NCBI GenBank assembly: GCA_000697335.1
Contig: JNEM01012593.1
Coordinates: forward strand, 1 to 34,089
Direction: 5' to 3'
DNA from: Conidiobolus incongruus B7586
Taxonomy: Eukaryota
Length of the DNA stretch: 34,089 nt
In this document: positions 25,866-34,089 of the stretch, piece by piece
Numbering within the stretch: the first letter of the stretch is position 1
Layout: every line of letters begins with the position of its first letter
Translations under genes and position numbers: made by a program
The notes under the pieces: model-generated
The model's input: the letters and a program-made list of their open reading frames with translations, nothing else
What the model was told of the DNA's origin: nothing
Databases searched by the model: none

Positions 25866-27734
25866 TTGGTAAATCTATTTAATATTCTTGTACATTTTTA
25901 ACCAAATTAAAATCGCGAAGTTTTGATAGCCAACATCCAAATATACTAACTTAACCCATTACCTATAATTCACCCGCTAACTGATTTAACCCAATAATGT
26001 ATATAAATATTAATAATCCAATAATTTAATTATTTCTCCAATAAATTCGATATTTTTGACTAAATTTTAATTGAAGTGAGCTAAAATATTAAAATTCCTT
26101 TTGTTTTAGTGTCAACAAACTCTAAACTTTTTAGTCAACTCGGACCCGCCAATCATATCCAGTACTAAAGATGACCTTATTAACACACAACCTGATGACA
26201 TTGACATCATATGAATATTAGAAAATGCAATAGATCTGCAGATAATCTTCTTATTTTTACTATTAGGAAACTCAAATGGAAATTAGGAAATTAACAAGGA
26301 GATCATTTTCAACTTCCTATTTAACCTAATATTGAACCAATTTTCACTCTAAAATTTTCAATTTAATAATATTTCTCATTTATCAATTATAGAATATATC
26401 AGTATTAAGAACGTTTGTGCATTTAAATATTTATATCAAATTTTTGTATGAATATATCGTTGATATTAATACTGTTACATCTTAATAGTAAAATAAGTTG
26501 AAAAAAAAATATCAAATTCAATTGATGAATTATTCATTATTCAAAATTTAAAAAAAATTTTTTTATACATATATTGTTTCATTAATTTTCTTAATTAATT
26601 ATTTAATATAATTATTTTTTTTATTTTACTTATTTTTAAATTAAATATTTTATTCATTTTAAAAAATTAATATTTTTATAAATATTTTAGATTAAACATA
26701 GAAAAAAATGTTAAATAATTATAATTATAATTATATTACTTTGTTAAGTTGATATAGTCATACTATATTATAATACTCATTTTTCATAGATTAATGATAT
26801 ATTTTATATTGTATATTCTTACTATTTAATTAAATGATGATTAGTCTTTTAGTATTAAGATTTAAATTCATTTGTCAATAACATCTGTATGAATATATAC
26901 AATTCTTTCTATTTTATATATAACTCTAGAAATTTGATTAAAAATTCAATTATATATAATTAGTAATATTTATTTAAAAAATTGTGAATTCTAGCAAGTT
27001 AAATTATTAATATAAATAGCATTCACTCAAAATTAAACCAACCAATCTTATTAAATACACTTTATCTCATATAAATTTCTCATTTTTAAGTAATTAAAAT
27101 TCACAATCGTTACCAAATTCCAAATAAATAACTATCAATTTATTAATAATGTGAATAATAATAGTAAGGATGATGTCAAATTCTATAAAAATTCAAATAT
27201 TTAAATGTAACTAGTATAAATAAAATTATCGATTATTTCAAAGCTTGGGGAACAGTTACCAACAAAATTTTTTATGTTAAACCTGAGAACGTCAATTATT
27301 ATTAGTAATTGCAGTGACAACAGACTGAGTAATCAAGTAATATCCATTTTATATGACTATTTATGAAATACAATATTAACTCAATAACCCATCTTTTCCA
27401 AATGAAAGATCTATCAATATTATCCGTTCTCCAACTTCAGAATCTCATAACCTTACAGATGCTTCCAGGACTGCTTGTAATAAAATTGACTGTCCCCTCA
27501 ATTAAAGATTTCCTGATGTATTAAAAATATAATATATCAAAATAAATACATTTGATATTTTAGTATCAAAACACTAAATAATTGACAGGTTAGAAATGAT
27601 TTATTTGATGATAAAATGAATGATTAATGTATCAATCAAATTTGGTAAAGCAAGAACCATATAATGAATTTGGAAATATAACATAAATATACAGTATATA
27701 ATATATATTTAAATATAATTGTTAGGCATGGTGG

Positions 27735-29030
27735 ATGAAAGGACAGAGTCAAATAGAAAATCCAATGACTGCCAATGCAAACAATCAAATGACTATACAT
27801 TCAAGTGTCATATCCACCCCCGATTCGAATTTACCTCCTTTCAAGGGTCCTTTACCTCAGTCTAAACAAGTCCCAGGAATACTTTATTATCATACAGTTT
27901 ACTATTATTATTATTATTATTATTACAATTATCAGGCACTACATTTAGTGTAGATGCTTTCAACTATGGATATATACCAGGATGTAAAGCTTATTTCTTG
28001 ACACATTTTTCATGTAAATCACTATATGGGAATATCATCAAAATTCAATTATGATATAGTATACTGCTCCCCAATCACCTACAATCCACTCATGCAACAA
28101 CTCCATGTCAAGCCTGAATACTTGATCAAACTACCTATGAACTAACCAGCAATCATTGACAAAGTATAAGTAACGCTATACGGAGCCAATTATTGTCCAA
28201 GCTCCGCACTATTCCTATTCGAAGTACCCAACCCCATATCATCCAAGAGCCCTCGCACGCGAATTCTACACACTGGGAATTTTCGAGTATCGTCGAATCA
28301 TTGTACAACTCCCGATTTTCAAAATTTAAACCACGTATATTTGATACTACCTACCTGAATCTCAACTGCAAATCCCATCTACAATCCAAGCTGCTGAAAG
28401 AAACTGTGAAGCTGGCAGAGCGGTTCATGAATGGAAATGCATTAATCAACAAATCAAAGCAGTCTACAACCTTTCAATATTGAATAATTTACCCACTTCA
28501 ATGTCGCCTAAAGTCAGTTATAAGATGAAGCTGATTGTTGTAGGTACTTATACTATTGGAAAAGAGCGAATCTTCTTAGCCATTGCTGAAGTTCTGAACC
28601 TAATGATATATGTAACAAAGGGCAAGGAAATGTTATTGAACTGTCACGGAAATCCCAATATTCAGGAATTAATTATCAAAAATCTCGGGGAAGCTGATAT
28701 TCATGTGGTGACAATGATAGAGTTGAACCATATCAAACCCAGGGAGTATTTGGACAGTTCTTAGGGTCATTTCGACCAAATTTTAGCTCTAAAATCTACT
28801 GAATGGACATATTAAAGTCAAGAAAAAAATTAAGAGGACTGTAGCTTATTCAAATTCAAAATTAGTAGGGGATGATAGAGATCAGATAAAATTTCCAAAA
28901 TTGATTCAATCAACGAAAATCACATCGAATGAGGTGCTATACAGCGAGTATTCGTGATTTGAAGAACTACAACAATTTGTCAGGGACATTCGGGCACAGC
29001 AAGCTGAATGGCATAGCCACCGTAAAACCA
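27735..29030 (+). pseudogene. PSO2: Unprocessed pseudogene of DNA cross-link repair nuclease SNM1A/Pso2 (metallo-beta-lactamase/beta-CASP); 5' part may extend to ~27150
   Basis: KQVPG/TTFSVDAF, AYFLTHF(+1)HVNHYMG, VYCSPIT, LPMN*, ANYCPSSALFLF, ILHTGNFR, VY(fs)DTTY, VVGTYTIGKERIF, LKSTEW, LYSEYS*FEELQQFV. Stops at 28143, 28167, 28762, 28955 and several frameshifts. Confidence 0.9.
27903..27924. repeat. (TAT)n microsatellite inside the relic intron of the SNM1 pseudogene
   Basis: tattattattattattattatt. Confidence 0.8.
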
Positions 29031-29182
29031 ATAGGTGTGGATTTCAGTCAAGCATATAGCTTATTTAAACCAATGGAAATCAAGTTAAATCTCAAAATAA
29101 TAAAAATCCATTATTCTATACTAAATTATCATTTTATTCTTTTTAAAAGATATTAAATAATAAACTTCCCACCAAAAACCAA

Positions 29183-29953
29183 TTATTTACCCAATCTCTT
29201 ACGTAATGCGCGAGTTCTCTTTCTTAACTTGTTGTACTTGTGCTTATTCATCTTCACCTTGCGCTTTCTCAATACACTGCTCATATGGTAGCTCTTGTAC
29301 AATTTAGGTCTTTGTTGGCGGTTGATATTTAAATCACGTTCTAAATTCAAGAAGAATTGGTCGGCGACTTGCTGGGCGTCACCGTTGAAGCGGGATACTA
29401 AGGGGTGGTCTTTAGGGGAAGCGGGGCCCAAGTTGATCATGTCAAAATCCTTGACGGTGTCGATATATTCCTCCAAGTCTTCGGTCTTGAGAGTGGCGAG
29501 TTTTTCGATAAGACCTTCTATAGCTTCGGCCTGAGCCTCGATGTTGGCTTCGTGTTCGGCATTAGTGGTAGTGGCGGCTTCGGTCCAGCTAGCTAAAGCT
29601 TCGTCAGCCTCCATAGCGCTGACGGAGTTGGAAGTCCACTGTTGAACTGACCCATCACGATTGATACCCAAAAGAGGTTGGTGCATGGCGAAGAATTGAT
29701 GCTTAGCCAAATCATGACGATAGGCAAAATCGTCAGCTGGAGCAACACTATTATTCAGCATCTTTTCCTTGTTTTTGGCTAAAGATAATAAGAGCTTGTG
29801 TTCGTCATCCCTAACGGAAGAGTACTGTTGATTGGGGCTGGGAGGATTGAATCGATAGCTCAAATGACTACGACGCATTATGCTGCCACTAGTCCAATTT
29901 AACTGTCTAGAAATTGTAGATGGTTTTAAAATAGTTTTCGTTAATTGAATCAT
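29183..29953 (-). CDS. COX24: Mitochondrial small ribosomal subunit protein mS38 / COX24 (DUF1713)
   Basis: Intronless 256-aa ORF; presequence-like R/S/T-rich N-terminus, FFAMHQPL, basic C-terminal SSVLRKRKVKMNKHKYNKLRKRTRALRKRLGK. Confidence 0.88.
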   Translation of the reverse strand: MIQLTKTILKPSTISRQLNWTSGSIMRRSHLSYRFNPPSPNQQYSSVRDDEHKLLLSLAKNKEKMLNNSVAPADDFAYRHDLAKHQFFAMHQPLLGINRDGSVQQWTSNSVSAMEADEALASWTEAATTTNAEHEANIEAQAEAIEGLIEKLATLKTEDLEEYIDTVKDFDMINLGPASPKDHPLVSRFNGDAQQVADQFFLNLERDLNINRQQRPKLYKSYHMSSVLRKRKVKMNKHKYNKLRKRTRALRKRLGK

Positions 29954-30376
29954 AATTATTTTTTATTATTAATTTAGTATTTAAGTATTTTAATATTAAT
30001 TTTGTATTATTTGGATCTGATTTTTGATCTCTGAATTAAATTGAAATGATATAAAAATTTCATAATTATGGGATCATATCACGTGCATGAGTTAATTTAA
30101 TTTTGTGGCTTTATTATCATACTGTATTTATAAGGTAATAAAAATCCGGTGATTTTTTATTTCAATAAATCATAATTTATAGTGATATTTTTATTATTCA
30201 TTGATAATATAAGAATAGAATCATTTTCTTTAGAATTCATTAAAAATTAAATATGAATTACAAATTTCTACAAAAATGATCCCATAATTTATCATTTTTC
30301 AATTGTTATATATAAATTAGACAAAATGGACGTTTTAATATTAAGTAAAATATCATAAAATAATTAATCCTAAAAA
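29954..30376. promoter_or_regulatory. Bidirectional promoter (COX24/TTI2) with inverted 14-bp element and E-box
   Basis: aattatgggatcat 30064-30077 is the exact reverse complement of atgatcccataatt 30276-30289; TCACGTG at 30079-30085. Confidence 0.6.
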
Positions 30377-31964
30377 ATGAAAGTATTAATAGAAGAAATA
30401 TCATCGGAAAATCATATTGATCTACTTGAAGAACTCATTAAGAATATTGATACAACGTCACAGTGTTCCTTGGAACTTTTAAAGGATGCAACAACTAAAA
30501 AGGATTATATTCAAAGAAATGATAAATTTATTCAACAACTTTCAAATTTCAAAGAACAAATATTTGAATTAGAAATGAATCAAATATATCAGCTCTTCTA
30601 CAACCTGATATATTACAAAATTGATTCTAGTAATTTTCAAACTATCCACTCCCAAATTATTCAACTCTTTACAACTTGCCTCAACTACCTCATAACCCAA
30701 ACCAAATTAGAAGAGTTTTTCAACTTTATAATAATCCATGAAATCCAACCCAAATTCCAACAATCCCCCAAAAACCGTACTTATAACGTATCTAAAATCC
30801 AAAAACCAGATAATAAGAAATACGTTGAAATCGATAATCAACGCTGGAAATTGGAAGATTGTCGCAGTTTGTCATATTTGAAATGGTTATTTACATCCAA
30901 TCCAGATGAATTTGGTGGGATTGATATCATTATTATATATTTGAGTCATTTACCATTTATTGTTCTTCTGATGAAAGATTATGAGTTAGAATTCAAATCT
31001 ATGGGCCTAAATTATTACAATATAATTGTCGATCGATTGGATAGTGACAAATTAATGAAGAGAGGTATTCATTTTATTATTAAAGAACACTACACCTCAT
31101 TCCTAGGTTTCATCAACGACTCTCCTACACTACTCAATCAGTTAATTCAAACTTTTTTTAAATTGATAAAACTAATGGAAATTAGAGGAGATAATGCTGA
31201 GCCATTCGTAGATATTCTAATCCGACGAATTCTATTATACAGTGGATTTACTTTCGATCAAAATAACCAAATTATAGAAATTGTTTTAAAATCTTTCATC
31301 GTTATAATTCTTCAGAATCCCACATATTTAATACTAGATTTAGATGTAAGTAACTCATGCCATTTATATTAATTTATTTTCATTTATTAATCAATTATTT
31401 AGAAAATTTTAAATTTTTCTTTAGATATTCAATCAAAATTAAAATTTATTGATAGAGATTATAATTTTGAAGTTTTAAAATTAAGTTCAAAATTTTTAAG
31501 TTTAGTATTGAAATCTACATTAATCAAGTAATTGTAATTGTAAATTATATTTGTATCAAATATTCATTTTTTTAGGGATGATCAATTTCCATTTAAAATA
31601 TTGGCTAGCTGTTTAAGGGTTTGGTACTTTGCTGTTACGATTCATAATGCATCTTTGAGTAAGTATTAAATGATTATTTTAATTTGGCAACTAATAATTA
31701 TTTTATTAATTAGAAAATCATATCGACAATATCAAATTCGAATTAAATCAAGTAATTGATCTCCTATTTCAAGTATATTCTCAATATTTAGATAGATTTA
31801 AGGTATATATTCTTAGTTATATAATTTAAATTAATACTTATAAATTTTAGAATGATTTTGATAAATTTTTAAATCATCCAATTATCCAACCTCATACAAA
31901 GGAATTTACCTGGATTGAAGACAAATTTAAGACCCTTTCAGATCCCATAATTAGTGAAGTTTAA
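30377..31964 (+). CDS. TTI2: Tti2-like (TELO2-interacting protein 2, TTT co-chaperone) helical-repeat protein
   Basis: Exons 30377-31345, 31403-31527, 31576-31658, 31714-31802, 31851-31964 give an open frame. 'QRWKLE...LKWLF', 'LPFIVLLMKDYELEFKSMGL', 'KILASCLRVW' resemble Tti2-family patterns. Confidence 0.6.
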
Positions 31965-31999
31965 TTGTCAAGTCTATAATATTAGCACTTAATCTAAAT

Positions 32000-34089
32000 A
32001 TATTTTAATATGATTGAATTAAACAATTTAACCCTAAGATTTCCGAATCAATTAAATATTCAATATAAAATAATATAATATAAAATTATATTGACAGATA
32101 TTCAAAGTATTTAATTAATCTATATTTTTATCATCATTACACATAAATACATACTATTAGATAACTCATCAATTAATCATTAATTTTAAACAATTATTAT
32201 ATAATTTAAATTCGAATCAACCTTAGGTTGATAATGACACCAACAATGAAGAATTTAAAATTTATAATATTCAATCTCCAGCTATTTTAGATCTCTTTGA
32301 TTTTTTGCATTTAATAATTAAGGTAGCAAATCTTACATTTATATTTCAAATCATTTTAATAATTTTCAATCAGATAAGATTAATTATATTAAAGAAGTTT
32401 CTGAAATTCAAAAATTTAAAATTGAAATTTTGTTAATTTCTATTAAATTTTAATTAACCTAAATTATATTACAATTTAAATTATTTTTAATTGTAATTGG
32501 TCACATTATTAAACTATTGATTAGATTAAATATATCAATGTATCATATTAATATATATTTGGATTTACCCAATCAATAACTCTCAGATTATATGATAAGC
32601 TATCTAAATTCCAATGAAGCACTTTAAGCTGTGAATTTAGTTAAAATAATGAAATTAGGTAATATTGTGAATAAGACAGTGGTTTTTGCAACTTTAAAAT
32701 ATATAAATAACGATAATCTTACTAATAACTATAAAAAACTTAATATAAAGCTTAGTTTTTAATTACAAAATGGAATGAAATTGTATTATAAATTTGAAAT
32801 TATTAATTAATAATATTGAATAGTTTTTATAATTATGAAATTAATTTATCTGAATTATAGATTTAAAAATTTGAAACTTTCAATATTATAAATAATTTAA
32901 TTAGATATTGAATAAAAAAGAATTTATAATTATTAATACTTGGCTTTATTTATAATTTTATTATATATATTTATAATATATTATACAATATTTAATTTGC
33001 TAAGCCTTTTCTATTGAAATAATAAAAAAATTAAAATCAATTGACTCTATATCAAATATATATGATAGGATTCAAAAAATAATATATTTTAAATTTTTTT
33101 TCATTAAATTTCTATTAATAAGTTATTATTATAATATAAGAATCATTAAATCTAATTTGTTTTTATATCAAATAATTTATTAATATCTTTGTAATAAAAA
33201 AATATAATCTAATTTTTAATTATTATTATTATTTTAAATTTGAAATAATAGGAAATTTTTTAATTTCTGATTTTTAAAATATATTATTAATTTTAAATAA
33301 ACAAATATATATTAAATAAGAAATTATATATTTTTAAATTAGATATATATATATTATAATTTTTCTGATTAAAAAATTAATTTTTTAAAATTGGTTGTTT
33401 AATTTAATTATGCTTAAATCAAATAATAATTATTAAAAGTTTTTTATTTTGATTTTAATAAATCTTAACCATAAATCCTTTAAAATTATTTAAAATCTAT
33501 AATTATTATTTCTTTAATTATTAATAAAATGAAAAAATATATTGAAAAATACCTTTTTATTTTAGTTAAAGAATTATTTAAATACTTTAATATTAGTTTT
33601 ATAGGTATTATATATATATTAAAGTTTAAACTCAAATTAAATAATAAAAATATAAAATAGGTGTTTTTTAATATAACTAAAGCTTAGAAAAAAGTGAGAG
33701 TAGCTATTATTAAACAAAACTTACTAAAATATCATTAAAAATCTAAGTTTCTATAACAAATAATTATAATTAATGAATTTTAAATTTTAAAATATAATCT
33801 TTTATTATAATCTAAATCAAATTAATAGATTAAGTTAAATCAATCTTTTTTATAGATTTTTTTAAATAAATATTTTATTAATAACCAAATATTAAATATT
33901 ATAATAAATTATAATGGTATATATTACTTTTATTTAATTCTTGAAGGAAAATCAATTTAATAATAAGTTTTATATTGCTTTTTTAAATAAAATTATATTT
34001 AATTAATATTTTTATTATAATATAAAAAGATTAATTATTTTATACAATAATTATAAAATATATAATTCAAATTTATAAAAGATTTTCTA
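32000..34089. other. Gene-free, extremely AT-rich tract
   Basis: No ORFs in the track; G/C very sparse, especially after ~32750. Confidence 0.7.

Noticed and set aside
28143..28957. Stop-codon reassignment or readthrough making SNM1 functional
   Set aside because: Frameshifts and loss of metal-binding residues co-occur, and neighbouring genes end normally at TAA/TAG
29295..29596. Plus-strand ORFs overlapping COX24
   Set aside because: Antisense shadows of a GC-richer coding region
1..34089. CRISPR arrays, prokaryotic operons or defence systems, tRNA/rRNA genes, intact transposons, a functional gene cluster
   Set aside because: Intron-rich eukaryotic DNA; no repeat-spacer array, cloverleaf, RT/transposase motif or LTR seen by eye, and the genes are functionally unrelated. 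Small ncRNAs cannot be excluded without covariance-model searches.

Overview
Eukaryotic, very AT-rich genomic DNA with many short (~45-80 nt) GT-AG introns, most consistent with an early-diverging fungus (Conidiobolus/Entomophthorales-like is an inference only). I spliced nine apparently intact housekeeping genes by hand: Pbp1/ataxin-2 (-, runs off the left edge), Sgf73/ataxin-7, glucose-6-phosphate 1-epimerase, Nup133 (22 introns), DTWD1-type tRNA acp-transferase, adenine phosphoribosyltransferase, a TBC1D13-type RabGAP, mS38/COX24 (-) and a Tti2-like protein. Between them lie a clear unprocessed SNM1/PSO2 pseudogene, a probable BTB/POZ relic and other decayed coding-like islands. No prokaryotic systems, CRISPR, RNA genes or intact transposons were seen. 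Three window-wide signals stand out: (1) an orientation-specific TCYCAT-core promoter motif upstream of essentially every gene, resembling a CSL site; (2) 5' splice sites that mostly lack +5G (GTAAWT); (3) pseudogene lesions dominated by C:G>T:A transitions.
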